A stretch of 64,000 nt of DNA from Bacteroidota bacterium (GTDB lineage: Bacteria; Bacteroidota; Bacteroidia; AKYH767-A; 2013-40CM-41-45), in the NCBI GenBank assembly GCA_031417395.1, contig JANOVM010000024.1:1491-65490 (forward strand). The letters run 5' to 3'. The notes beneath the pieces were generated by a model. It was not told the DNA's origin and ran no database searches. It was given only the letters and a program-made list of their open reading frames with translations. A program made the position numbers and the translations under genes. Below are positions 30,354 through 40,102 of this stretch, in pieces. Every line of letters starts with the position of its first letter. The stretch's first letter is position 1.

Positions 30354-31451
30354 ATGATTCGAATAAAAAACATTGCTGATTATCTGGAAAGTATTGCTCC
30401 GCTTTCTTATCAGGAATCTTATGATAATTCCGGCTTAATTACCGGAAACCCTGATACTGAAGTGAAAGGCGTATTAATCTGCCTGGATAGTACTGAAGCC
30501 GTTATTCACGAAGCAATTCAAACCGGCTGTAATTTGGTAATAGCCCATCATCCAATTATTTTTTCAGGACTAAAAAAAATTACCGGTAAAAATTACGTTG
30601 AAAGAACCATCCTTTTAGCTATTAAAAATGACATAGCTATTTATGCAATTCATACCAACCTGGATAATGTTACTAACGGAGTAAATAAAATGATTGGAGA
30701 TAAACTAGGGCTTATTAACCTGCAAATTTTATCTCCAAAATCTTCTTTGCTCAGAAAACTTGTCACTTTTTGTCCATTGGAAGATGCTCCCGGAGTTAGG
30801 GATGCCCTCTTTCAAGCAGGGGCGGGAAATATTGGCAATTATGATGAATGCAGTTTTAATATGGAGGGACAGGGTACTTATAGAGGAAATGAAGTTTCCA
30901 ATCCCACAAAAGGGAAAAAGGGCGAAAGGCATCTTGAAAATGAAATCAGAATTGAAACAATCTTTGAATATCATAAACAAAATACAATTTTAAAAGCATT
31001 GATAAAGAGCCATCCATATGAAGAAGTAGCCTACGATATCTTCCCTTTGTTAAATGAATTTCGCCAAATTGGCTCTGGAATGGTTGGGGAACTGCCTGAA
31101 AATCAATCAGAAATGAGCTTTTTAAAACATGTAAAGGAAACCATGAAAGCGGGTATTATCAGGCATACTTCTTTACTTAGTAAACCGGTTAAGAAAGTTG
31201 CAATTTGCGGAGGATCAGGTAGTTTTCTCATAAATGAAGCCATTTTTTCAGGTGCTCAGGTTTTTATTACTGCTGATTATAAGTACCATCAATTCTTTGA
31301 TTCGGAAGAAAAAATAGTGATAGCCGATATTGGCCATTATGAAAGCGAACAATTCACAAAAGACCTGATAAAAACGCTTATTCTTGAAAAATTTTCTACC
31401 TTTGCCGTCCGATTAACGGAAGTGAACACAAATCCCGTTCACTACATGTAA
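30354..31451 (+). CDS. Nif3-like dinuclear metal centre protein (YqfO type with PII-like insert)
   Basis: YDNSGL, HHP, HTNLD, HPYEEVAYD, GHYESE. Confidence 0.95.
   Translation: MIRIKNIADYLESIAPLSYQESYDNSGLITGNPDTEVKGVLICLDSTEAVIHEAIQTGCNLVIAHHPIIFSGLKKITGKNYVERTILLAIKNDIAIYAIHTNLDNVTNGVNKMIGDKLGLINLQILSPKSSLLRKLVTFCPLEDAPGVRDALFQAGAGNIGNYDECSFNMEGQGTYRGNEVSNPTKGKKGERHLENEIRIETIFEYHKQNTILKALIKSHPYEEVAYDIFPLLNEFRQIGSGMVGELPENQSEMSFLKHVKETMKAGIIRHTSLLSKPVKKVAICGGSGSFLINEAIFSGAQVFITADYKYHQFFDSEEKIVIADIGHYESEQFTKDLIKTLILEKFSTFAVRLTEVNTNPVHYM
31397..31404 (+). promoter_or_regulatory. Bacteroidota -7 promoter element inside the Nif3 3' end, likely driving the Zn-ribbon gene
   Basis: TACCTTTG matches TAnnTTTG. 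Confidence 0.5.
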
Positions 31452-31492
31452 TTAACTGGCTGTACCCACTATATAAAAGCAAAATATAAAAT

Positions 31493-32560
31493 ATGGCGAG
31501 CGCTTCAACAAAGACAAAAAAAACGGAAAAGACTCCAGATAAGTCTACTACTAAATCTGCTAAAGAAAAAACGCCAGTGAAGACTACAACAAAGTCAGCT
31601 TCTTCAACAGTCCAAGAAGAAACAACAATAATGAATAACGAAGCGATTGCTTCCTCTGAAAATACAACTAATACACCCGACGTGACTTTATCTAAAATTG
31701 CCAAAGTAAAGCTTAAAGCAAAAGAACCAATTACTTTTAAACCCAGGAAGATTGAGAAAATTATTGATGTCAACAGGCTTGAAAAAAAGCTTGAAGAAAT
31801 CATGTCCAAGGACCATACTGAATTTTCAGTCGAGGAAAAATTAAAGGCCCTGTTTGTTCTTCAGGAAATTGATTCAAATATCGATAAGATCAGAACCATC
31901 CGTGGTGAATTACCAATGGAAGTTATAGACCTTGAAGATGAAATTATTGGTTTGACTACCCGCCTTGACAACATGCGCGAAGAAGCTACTAATTTGGATG
32001 ATCAGATTAATAAAAAGAAACAATCTGTTAAAGACGCTAAAGAGCAGATTAAAAAATATGAAAGCCAGCAATCGAAAGTAAAAAATAACAGAGAGTTTGA
32101 TTCCCTCAATAAGGAAATTGAATTTCAAAATCTCGAAATTCAGCTTGCTGAAAAGCGTACAAAAGAATATGCTAATGAAGTTATTACTAAACAGCTGATT
32201 CTTGAAGAAACTCAAGCTGTTCTCGACGAGAGAAATGCTGTATTAAACCTGAAAAAAACAGAATTAGAAAACATTATTGAAGAGACTAAAAAGGAAGAGG
32301 ATCAGCTGCATAAAATTTCGGCCAAAGCGCGCACAATAATTGACGATAGGTTGCTTTCTGCTTATACACGTGTTCGTTCCAATGCCCGTAACGGACTTGG
32401 ATTAGTTGCCATTCAACGTGATGCCTGCGGAGGTTGTTTTAATAAAATCCCGCCACAGCGCCAACTTGATATTCGTCAGCATAAAAAAGTTATCGTTTGC
32501 GAACATTGCGGAAGAATTCTTGTTGATCCAAAAATTGCAGACGAAGATGTTGCAGAATAA
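31493..32560 (+). CDS. Coiled-coil C4 zinc-ribbon protein (CT398/DUF164-like) with K/T-rich N-terminal extension
   Basis: CGGC...CEHCGRIL; long coiled coil; usual position downstream of Nif3. Confidence 0.9.
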   Translation: MASASTKTKKTEKTPDKSTTKSAKEKTPVKTTTKSASSTVQEETTIMNNEAIASSENTTNTPDVTLSKIAKVKLKAKEPITFKPRKIEKIIDVNRLEKKLEEIMSKDHTEFSVEEKLKALFVLQEIDSNIDKIRTIRGELPMEVIDLEDEIIGLTTRLDNMREEATNLDDQINKKKQSVKDAKEQIKKYESQQSKVKNNREFDSLNKEIEFQNLEIQLAEKRTKEYANEVITKQLILEETQAVLDERNAVLNLKKTELENIIEETKKEEDQLHKISAKARTIIDDRLLSAYTRVRSNARNGLGLVAIQRDACGGCFNKIPPQRQLDIRQHKKVIVCEHCGRILVDPKIADEDVAE

Positions 32561-32584
32561 TTCTGTTAAAAATAAAAATTAGGT

Positions 32585-32614
32585 AAAAGGGTCCCGCAAC
32601 GGACCCTTTTTTTT
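32585..32614 (+). terminator. Intrinsic terminator
   Basis: AAAAGGGTCC-CGCAAC-GGACCCTTTTTTTT. Confidence 0.85.
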
Positions 32615-32617
32615 CAA

Positions 32618-34111
32618 ATGAAAAAAATTCTCTTATCAGTATTTTTTTTTCTCAATGTACTGCCATCAGCTTCTGCTTTTTATGAATTCGACAAAAAACT
32701 TGAAAAAGCAAACCGGCTAATTTTTACTCTTGATTTTACAGGTGCCAAAAAATTAATTGAAGAAGAAAGACTTGAAAAACCAGGCAATTACCTGGGCCTT
32801 TTATATCTTAACTACATTGATTTCCTTAAAGCTTTTATTTCTGAAGACAAAAGCGATTTTGATTTACTGAACAAGAATTCTGATCTCCGGCTTGATGAAT
32901 TGGCAAAGCATAAAGAAAATACTTTATCGCCCTTTCATTTATATGTACAGTCGGAAATCCATATTCAGCAGGCTATCGTTGGAATTAAATTTGAAGAATA
33001 TATACAGGCTGCAAAAGAAATAAAGAGGGCATATGCGCTCATAGAAAAAAATGAAATCGCTTATCCTACCTTTTTATTAAATAAAAAAGTATCCGGATTC
33101 CTGCAAGTTGTTATCGGTTCAGTCCCTTCCCGATTTCAATGGATTGTAAAAATTGCCGGCATGAAAGGATCGATCAATAACGGTTTGCATGACCTCAAAG
33201 ATGTTTATCAATTGTGCAATCTGACGGAATTTCAAAGTTATCGTACAGAAGTCCTTTTTTATCTTGGAACAATTTATTCAGCGTTTTCTCTTAAAGACGA
33301 TGCTAATGATATACTTCAGGCTATGTTTCCGCTTGCTTATCGTAACCAATTAATCGGCTATGTTTGCTCCAATATGCTGATGAAGCAAGGTAAAACCGAT
33401 AATGCTATTGCTGTACTTGATAGCTGCATTAAAAATCGTTCAGCCTATCCGGTTGTATTTCTTTATTACAAAAGGGGACTTGCCCGTTTGAGAAATCTGG
33501 ATCTGAATTCTTCTGAAGATTTTGAATATTATCTAAAGAATTACAAAGGACGAAATAGTATTAAATCGGCTTATCAGAAATTATCCTGGATTGCCCTTCT
33601 AAAGGGTGATACAGTGAATTATAAAAATCAACTTGAATCCTGCCTGACTAAAGGAGCTGCTTTTTTGGACGAAGACAAAGAAGCAGCCTATGAAGCTGCT
33701 TCAGGAGAAGTTGTTAATGTTTATCTATTGCGGTCACGCCTGCTTTTTGATGGAGGCTATTATAAGAAAGCATTATCAGAAATAACCGGACATAAAATTT
33801 CAGATTTCAAACATTTTCATGAGCAACTTGAAATTACCTATCGTTTGGGCCGTATCATGCAAATGACCGGGCAAACAGAAAAAGCAGCGGAATATTACAA
33901 GATTACTTTAAAGAATGGAACAACTTCTTCATACCATTTTGCAGCCAACAGCGCCCTAATGCTTGGAACTATTGCTGAAGAAAAAAAAGATTTTAAAACG
34001 GCAGGTGAATATTATAAAAAATGCCTTGCACTTTCCTACGATCGCTATAAAAACAGCATCGATCAAAAAGCTAAGGCAGGACTGGAACGTATTCACGACC
34101 AGGCAAAGTGA
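32618..34111 (+). CDS. Exported TPR-repeat protein
   Basis: Signal peptide (PSASA-F); helical TPR-like repeats; RLLFDGGYY motif. Confidence 0.75.
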   Translation: MKKILLSVFFFLNVLPSASAFYEFDKKLEKANRLIFTLDFTGAKKLIEEERLEKPGNYLGLLYLNYIDFLKAFISEDKSDFDLLNKNSDLRLDELAKHKENTLSPFHLYVQSEIHIQQAIVGIKFEEYIQAAKEIKRAYALIEKNEIAYPTFLLNKKVSGFLQVVIGSVPSRFQWIVKIAGMKGSINNGLHDLKDVYQLCNLTEFQSYRTEVLFYLGTIYSAFSLKDDANDILQAMFPLAYRNQLIGYVCSNMLMKQGKTDNAIAVLDSCIKNRSAYPVVFLYYKRGLARLRNLDLNSSEDFEYYLKNYKGRNSIKSAYQKLSWIALLKGDTVNYKNQLESCLTKGAAFLDEDKEAAYEAASGEVVNVYLLRSRLLFDGGYYKKALSEITGHKISDFKHFHEQLEITYRLGRIMQMTGQTEKAAEYYKITLKNGTTSSYHFAANSALMLGTIAEEKKDFKTAGEYYKKCLALSYDRYKNSIDQKAKAGLERIHDQAK

Positions 34112-34117
34112 GGTTGC

Positions 34118-35578
34118 TTAGAATTTTACGCCTATTGTCACAGTGAAATTGTGATCGATCACTCTTGATTTAACTCCTGGCACAGCTTCATTATTGAGTG
34201 TATATGGTTGAAAATACTCATCGCTTAGCGTGTATGCATAACCGAGATCAAAGAATAATCCGTTTTCTCTATAACCGATTCCTCCTGAAATTCCTTTTCG
34301 GGAGAAATCCGAACTTCCTGTTCTGTATCTGTCAACTAATGGCGAAGATGTCATTGAAGCACCTCCGCGAAAGCTAAGATTCTGATAGATCCATTCTGTG
34401 CCAACTCTAAATGTATGCACACCTGTATATTTTTTCCTTATATAATTATTTACATCGGCAAAAGAAGTTCCGCTTTCATTAAATCTCGATTCGCCGTAAT
34501 CGCTGAATTCATAATCGGCACTAACAAGTCCCATTTTACCGAAAATAATTGCAAGGCTTCCTATTGCTTTAAAGGGTGTGGTCAGATTATAGTCAAAAGT
34601 TCCATTGGCTTCATCGGTGAATGATGTTACTGAACCAGTATCTAATGTTGAGATTAGTTTGTTGTTGTATTCATCGTGTAATTCATACCAGGTCGGTGTG
34701 TGAATGGCAACGCCCATCCTAAAGATGTCATTGGGTTTGAATATGATTCCGAATTTAAGATCAACACCGGTTCCTCGTGTTGTTAAATCCATCTGTTGTT
34801 TGAAACGATTGAAATAAGATATCTGAGTGTCCGGGTCCAATTCTTCGTAGGTAGTTGATTCAATGTAACGCAGGCTTTTGAGTCCAAGTGTACCGCCCAG
34901 ATAAAATTTATTGGAATAATTTCCTCCGAAAGTAAAAACTGTTTCACCTATTGCGCCTCTCGATTCAAAGGAACGACGCTGAATTTCCCCGCCTGAAGGA
35001 ATTACACCCAGGTAATGATTTCCGAGATCGGGATTAATAAGATAGGTATTGTATGCCTGTAATTCAAAGAAAGGATCCAGGTTGTCGGGGTTTGTTCCAT
35101 TCGCTTGTTCAGCAAAATGATCAAGCAAAGAGTTTCCGGAATTAATGCCTTCATAAAAACTTCTATTATGAAAGTTATCCAGTCTGTTATAACCTATTCC
35201 GAAATTCCAGCTTTTCCAGCCCGGTTTATCAACATTCTTTGATATTGTATTGGTATAAATTAGTCCGATGTTTCCGATGTTAAAATTATACTTCCTTTCT
35301 TCGAATTCTCCACCCAAAAAATTTGATGTTGTAGTAGAAGAATAGATTGATGGAGTAAAAGTAAATTCAGAAGAACGGAAAATGCCAATTCCTGCCGGGT
35401 TATATGACAAACCTGTTATGTCACCGCCAAGCGCGCCAAATGCCCCCGACATAGCCGTGAATCGTGCAGTTCCTGTAATTGAACTTCCGGAATAACGCAA
35501 AGCGTCAACGTCCGTTTGTGCATTTGTTAATGTTACACTCAGTACTAGTAAAAATGGGAGGAGGAGTTTTGTTTTCAT
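34118..35578 (-). CDS. OmpP1/FadL-like outer-membrane beta-barrel transporter
   Basis: GTARFTAMSGAFGALGGD..NPAG N-terminus; terminal GVKF. Confidence 0.85.
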   Translation of the reverse strand: MKTKLLLPFLLVLSVTLTNAQTDVDALRYSGSSITGTARFTAMSGAFGALGGDITGLSYNPAGIGIFRSSEFTFTPSIYSSTTTSNFLGGEFEERKYNFNIGNIGLIYTNTISKNVDKPGWKSWNFGIGYNRLDNFHNRSFYEGINSGNSLLDHFAEQANGTNPDNLDPFFELQAYNTYLINPDLGNHYLGVIPSGGEIQRRSFESRGAIGETVFTFGGNYSNKFYLGGTLGLKSLRYIESTTYEELDPDTQISYFNRFKQQMDLTTRGTGVDLKFGIIFKPNDIFRMGVAIHTPTWYELHDEYNNKLISTLDTGSVTSFTDEANGTFDYNLTTPFKAIGSLAIIFGKMGLVSADYEFSDYGESRFNESGTSFADVNNYIRKKYTGVHTFRVGTEWIYQNLSFRGGASMTSSPLVDRYRTGSSDFSRKGISGGIGYRENGLFFDLGYAYTLSDEYFQPYTLNNEAVPGVKSRVIDHNFTVTIGVKF

Positions 35579-35587
35579 AGTTGGTTT

Positions 35588-35636
35588 AAAAAAGCCCGCA
35601 TGCTATTTTAGTATTTTCTAAATTAAACATGCGGGT
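35588..35636 (-). terminator. Hairpin with U-tract between the lipoprotein and barrel genes
   Basis: Minus strand CCCGCATG..TTTAG-loop-CTAAA..CATGCGGG-C-TTTTTT. Confidence 0.55.
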
Positions 35637-35684
35637 GTTACACATTGGGGTTATTATAAAAATTCTATTATTTAAAACGGATGA

Positions 35685-37364
35685 TTATCTCCTTCTTCCG
35701 CCGTTATTATTATTTTTTTGTTCTGAGGGACGGGAAGGTTCTGAATTACGTTGAGGAGCAGGCTGAGATTCTGATTTATATTGTTTAGGCTCATTCCTTG
35801 GTTGAAATACAGGGGTTTTGTTTTCGCTGCGGGAAGGAGTTGTCGAGAAATCAGATTCGTCCTTCTGTATAATATTTTCACGTTGTATGTTTTCGTTTTT
35901 CTGCATCAACATCTGACGATCGTTACTTTTTTGACGGTTGTCATTAGGGACAATATTATTACGTTCCTGTTTTTCGAAGTTTGGTTTTACATATTCAGGT
36001 TTAGCCGAAGGGCGGGAATTATTATTGTTTCTCTCTATTGATCGGTTATCGTCAGAATTCGGTGCAGGATTATTGAAACGAGGTGTTGGACTCGGATTTT
36101 TAATGTTATTGTTGTCACGACCACCTGAATTCAAATTACGATTGTCAATGGCAGGTTCCTGACGTGTTCCCAGGTTTGTTGGAGTTCTCATATCATTATT
36201 CCTTTTTCCATCGTTGTTATTGTCTTGGATGATTGTGCGTCCGTCAGTTCTGTTGTCTTTATTGATAGTACGACCATCATTATTCTGTTGATTTTTTATC
36301 GAAGAATTATCCTGACGAATAGAATTGCTGTTTTTGCCGGAGTTATCTTTCATGTCTGAATTGATTCTTGAATTCTGCGGTGTAGATTGTCTGATGTCTT
36401 TATCTTTTATGCTACCGGCACGTTCGATCCTTTCATCAGAACTGTTTGCATTGCTTTTTGAAATTCGTCCTTCAGAAATTGCTCGTTCATATTTAACACT
36501 CATTGGAGCTAACTCACTTTTTCTTTGAGAACTGGATCTTGGACTATTGCTGCTGGTTGATCCGCGTGGACCATAATAATGACTGGTTGCATCGTAAGAA
36601 TTGTAATAGTATGGGTTGGGATTGTTGCCATAATATCCATCGTTGTAACCATTCCAGTAGCCGTTGTTGTAACCATCGTTGTATCCATGACCATAACCAT
36701 GACCATAACCGGGACTAAAACCATGATAGTATGGATAAGCGCCACCGTAAGGACTGTAACCGTAGTTTCCATAACCCAATCCAACAGACCAGCCACCGCC
36801 GTAACAAAATGGCTGATAATAATAGTAAGAAGGAGCCCACCAGTTATAACCCAAATAAATGCTTACTCCCCAGTTAATGGGGTTATAGTCATACCAGTAT
36901 GAATTAGTATAAAATGGATCATAATATCCATAACCGTAAGCCGGAGTATAAAAGCGGCGAATACGGGAAGAGTATTCGTAATCGTAATTATCGTCGTAAT
37001 AGTTGTTGGTAATGTAGGTGTTTCCTTTAGAGTCAGAGTACTGACCGGAAGAACCATTTGAATTGCCTGAATTATCGTAGGACTGATTTTGTCCGGAATA
37101 ATCAGAAGACTGGCTTTGTCCGGAACTTTCTTTGTATTGACTTTGACCGGAATTATCCTGATTATAATTGCTGTTATTGTTACTGTAATTATCAGAAGGA
37201 GCAGGGGCCGGTGCTGGTGCCGCAGGCTGAATTTGCTGTGCCTGTTTATCTTTTGATGAATAGTATACATCATCTGCGCCTGTATTACCGGCGTGATAAG
37301 TGGAAGAGCAGGAAAATGCTATTAGCATTCCGGTGATTCCTAGTAAGTAGTTGACCTTTTTCAT
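35685..37364 (-). CDS. Low-complexity Y/G/N/R-rich lipoprotein (partner of the OmpP1-like barrel)
   Basis: ATG 37364 gives MKKVNYLL..AFSC lipobox; DDVYYS and YSSRIRRF motifs; disordered tail. Confidence 0.8.
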   Translation of the reverse strand: MKKVNYLLGITGMLIAFSCSSTYHAGNTGADDVYYSSKDKQAQQIQPAAPAPAPAPSDNYSNNNSNYNQDNSGQSQYKESSGQSQSSDYSGQNQSYDNSGNSNGSSGQYSDSKGNTYITNNYYDDNYDYEYSSRIRRFYTPAYGYGYYDPFYTNSYWYDYNPINWGVSIYLGYNWWAPSYYYYQPFCYGGGWSVGLGYGNYGYSPYGGAYPYYHGFSPGYGHGYGHGYNDGYNNGYWNGYNDGYYGNNPNPYYYNSYDATSHYYGPRGSTSSNSPRSSSQRKSELAPMSVKYERAISEGRISKSNANSSDERIERAGSIKDKDIRQSTPQNSRINSDMKDNSGKNSNSIRQDNSSIKNQQNNDGRTINKDNRTDGRTIIQDNNNDGKRNNDMRTPTNLGTRQEPAIDNRNLNSGGRDNNNIKNPSPTPRFNNPAPNSDDNRSIERNNNNSRPSAKPEYVKPNFEKQERNNIVPNDNRQKSNDRQMLMQKNENIQRENIIQKDESDFSTTPSRSENKTPVFQPRNEPKQYKSESQPAPQRNSEPSRPSEQKNNNNGGRRR

Positions 37365-37475
37365 TTTTTCCCTTTTTTCTAATTTAACTAATGCGAAATT
37401 AAGTAGGTTTAACGTTTCCGTATATTTATTTTTACTTTTGTTTCCCATTTTACAAACACCATACCAATCATTCAA

Positions 37476-38945
37476 ATGAGTAAAGAATTACCTAAAAGAT
37501 CAGAGAATTATTCCCAATGGTATCAGGATTTAGTTATAAAGGCTGATTTGGCCGAGAATTCAGCCGTTAGAGGCTGCATGGTCATAAAACCCTATGGTTA
37601 TGCTATTTGGGAGAAAATGCAGGCAATCCTGGACAAGATGTTTAAGGATACAGGCCATGTTAATGCTTATTTTCCTCTTTTTATACCAAAATCGTTCTTT
37701 TCAAAAGAAGCTTCTCACGTTGAAGGTTTTGCCAAAGAATGTGCCATTGTAACCCATTATAGGCTTAAAAATGATGCTGATGGTAATATCGTTGTAGATG
37801 AGGATGCCAAATTGGAAGAAGAGCTTATTATTCGTCCTACTTCTGAAACTATAATCTGGAATACCTATAGGGGGTGGATTCAATCGTATCGCGATCTTCC
37901 ATTATTGATTAATCAATGGGCAAACGTAGTAAGGTGGGAGATGCGCACGCGACTTTTCCTGAGGACTGCTGAGTTTCTCTGGCAGGAGGGACATACAGCG
38001 CATGCCACATCTGAAGAAGCAATTATTGAAACACGTAAGATGCTTGATGTCTATGCAACCTTTGCTGAAAATATTTTAGCTATACCTGTTATTAAAGGAG
38101 TAAAGACAGCAAATGAAAGATTTGCCGGAGCGCTTGATACCTATTGTATTGAAGCATTGATGCAGGATGGTAAAGCTTTGCAGGCCGGTACATCGCATTT
38201 CCTCGGACAGAATTTTGCCAAAGCTTTTGATGTAAAGTTTACGGGTAAAGACGGAAAACAGGATTTTGTATGGGCAACATCCTGGGGTGTTTCAACGCGT
38301 TTAATGGGTGCATTAGTCATGGCGCATAGCGACGACGAAGGACTTGTTTTACCTCCTATGCTTGCACCTATTCAGGTTGTAATAGTTCCTATTTATAAAA
38401 CAGAAGCAGAGAAGCAGGCTATTTCATCAGTGGCAGAAAAAATAATGGCTGATCTGAAATCGAAAAACATTTCTGTAAAATTCGATGACAGAGATACACA
38501 CAAGCCCGGATGGAAATTTGCCGAATATGAATTGAAAGGCATACCTGTCCGTATAGCCATTGGTCCCAGAGATATTGAAAATGGAACTGTTGAAGTAGCG
38601 CGAAGAGATACCAAAGAAAAATCTGTTATTCAGATTACAGACCTTCATTTAAAAATTGAACATTTACTGGATCAGATTCAGGATAATATATACAGAAAAG
38701 CAATTAATTTCAGAGAAGAGAATACACATAAAGCGGATACCTACGAAGAGTTTAAAACAAAGCTTGATGCCGGAGGATTTATTTATGCTCATTGGGATGG
38801 AACAACAGAAACTGAATTGAAGATAAAGGAAGAGACCAAAGCAACCATCCGTTGCATTCCTTTGAATAATAAAGCGGAGGAAGGCAAATGTATTTATTCA
38901 GGCACCCCATCCACTCAGAGAGTTATTTTTGCAAGAGCGTATTAA
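37476..38945 (+). CDS. proS: Proline--tRNA ligase (archaeal/eukaryotic type)
   Basis: [49 protein letters not shown] end. Confidence 0.98.
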   Translation: MSKELPKRSENYSQWYQDLVIKADLAENSAVRGCMVIKPYGYAIWEKMQAILDKMFKDTGHVNAYFPLFIPKSFFSKEASHVEGFAKECAIVTHYRLKNDADGNIVVDEDAKLEEELIIRPTSETIIWNTYRGWIQSYRDLPLLINQWANVVRWEMRTRLFLRTAEFLWQEGHTAHATSEEAIIETRKMLDVYATFAENILAIPVIKGVKTANERFAGALDTYCIEALMQDGKALQAGTSHFLGQNFAKAFDVKFTGKDGKQDFVWATSWGVSTRLMGALVMAHSDDEGLVLPPMLAPIQVVIVPIYKTEAEKQAISSVAEKIMADLKSKNISVKFDDRDTHKPGWKFAEYELKGIPVRIAIGPRDIENGTVEVARRDTKEKSVIQITDLHLKIEHLLDQIQDNIYRKAINFREENTHKADTYEEFKTKLDAGGFIYAHWDGTTETELKIKEETKATIRCIPLNNKAEEGKCIYSGTPSTQRVIFARAY

Positions 38946-38948
38946 GCA

Positions 38949-39638
38949 ATGGATGAAGCGGCAAACCAGGCAATACTAAAGCAATTAGAGGAGAAGGTGC
39001 TTCTAAAGGCAGAGGTTTTTAATAAAACCAAGTCTGTATTTGACAATTTAAAAAAAATGTTGAAGCTTATGTCCGCTGAGCTGAAACAGAAAGTTAAAAA
39101 TTTCAGCAAAGAGAACTTAATAGATTATATAGAAACCAGCGACCACGAAATACATTTTACACTTGCCGATGAGACGTTGGTCTTTGTAATGCATTCTAAT
39201 ATATTCACCTTTGATCACACACATGAAATCTGGAAAAACAGTTATGTAGAGAAAGAGCCCAACAATTCTTATTGCGGAAAAATTTTCATTTACAATTTTC
39301 TAACAGACAGTTTCCGGTTTAACAGAACCAACGATGTGGGTTATGTAATAGCCAGAATTTTTATTAATAAGGATGGCCATTATTTTGTTGAAGGCAAAAA
39401 GCAGCTTGGTTATTTATATAATGATTTTGCCACGGAAGTGCTCAACGAAGAAAACCTTTCTAAAATTCTGAACAATGCAATCAAATATAGTCTCGAATTT
39501 GATTCATTTACTCCTCCTTTTGAAAGCCTCAATGAGATTTCAGTAGGGGCTGTAATTGAAGCCGGGGTACAGGCTAGGATTTCGACTGGTAAGAGGCTTG
39601 GGTTTGAATTTACGAATGAGAATAAGCTTATTACCTAA
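38949..39638 (+). CDS. Conserved hypothetical protein
   Basis: 229-aa ORF 3 bp after proS with typical composition. Confidence 0.7.
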   Translation: MDEAANQAILKQLEEKVLLKAEVFNKTKSVFDNLKKMLKLMSAELKQKVKNFSKENLIDYIETSDHEIHFTLADETLVFVMHSNIFTFDHTHEIWKNSYVEKEPNNSYCGKIFIYNFLTDSFRFNRTNDVGYVIARIFINKDGHYFVEGKKQLGYLYNDFATEVLNEENLSKILNNAIKYSLEFDSFTPPFESLNEISVGAVIEAGVQARISTGKRLGFEFTNENKLIT

Positions 39639-39725
39639 TAAACGTAATAATTTTGGTACTCTACACTTATACTTTGCTAATTTTTAAAGGAATATAGATT
39701 TTAACCATTGCGAGGTTACTTTTTC

Positions 39726-39755
39726 TTTGTTATTTTTTTAAAAAACCTATCTTTG
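39726..39755 (+). promoter_or_regulatory. Housekeeping sigma promoter of tRNA-Glu
   Basis: TTTG (-33, 39726) - 18 nt - TATCTTTG (-7, 39748). Confidence 0.8.
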
Positions 39756-39773
39756 CGCTCCTTAAACAAAAAA

Positions 39774-39845
39774 GGCCCGTTCGTCTAGGGGTTAGGACAT
39801 CTCCCTTTCACGGAGGAAACGCGGGTTCGATTCCCGCACGGGCTA
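39774..39845 (+). tRNA. tRNA-Glu (TTC)
   Basis: GGCCCGT/ACGGGCT acceptor stem, anticodon loop CTTTCAC, T-loop GGTTCGATTCC; CCA not encoded. Confidence 0.97.
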
Positions 39846-39880
39846 CTAAACCCTATTTTTAGAAGCATTTAAACCAAGTC

Positions 39881-39903
39881 AAACCGCTCAAAACGAGCGG
39901 TTT
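39881..39903 (+). terminator. Hairpin terminator downstream of the tRNA, supplied by the element
   Basis: AAACCGCTC-AAAAC-GAGCGGTTT followed by a T-rich run. Confidence 0.7.
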
Positions 39904-39947
39904 TCTTGTTTTTAGTAAGTTCATGTTTTCCCTTGTTATCACATTAA

Positions 39948-39969
39948 TTGTTACTTGGTTGTTACTTAT
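39948..39969 (+). repeat. Integrase arm-type sites (left)
   Basis: TTGTTACTtgGTTGTTACTTAT, 20/22 identical to 46166-46187; inverted AGTAACAA at 40083. Confidence 0.75.
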
Positions 39970-40102
39970 GATAGAAAAGTAAGTATGTTTGTGATAACAA
40001 AATCCAACCAAAAGAAAGAAAGGGAAAAGATACGTGAAAGCCAAATCAACAGAGGGAAATCAAGTATTAGTATTAATAACGGAGTAACAAAAAAAGCAAC
40101 TT

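Noticed and set aside
37365-37475. Extended N-terminus of the Y/G/N-rich lipoprotein
   Set aside because: It would leave no room for the divergent promoters with proS; the ATG at 37364 yields a canonical lipoprotein signal.
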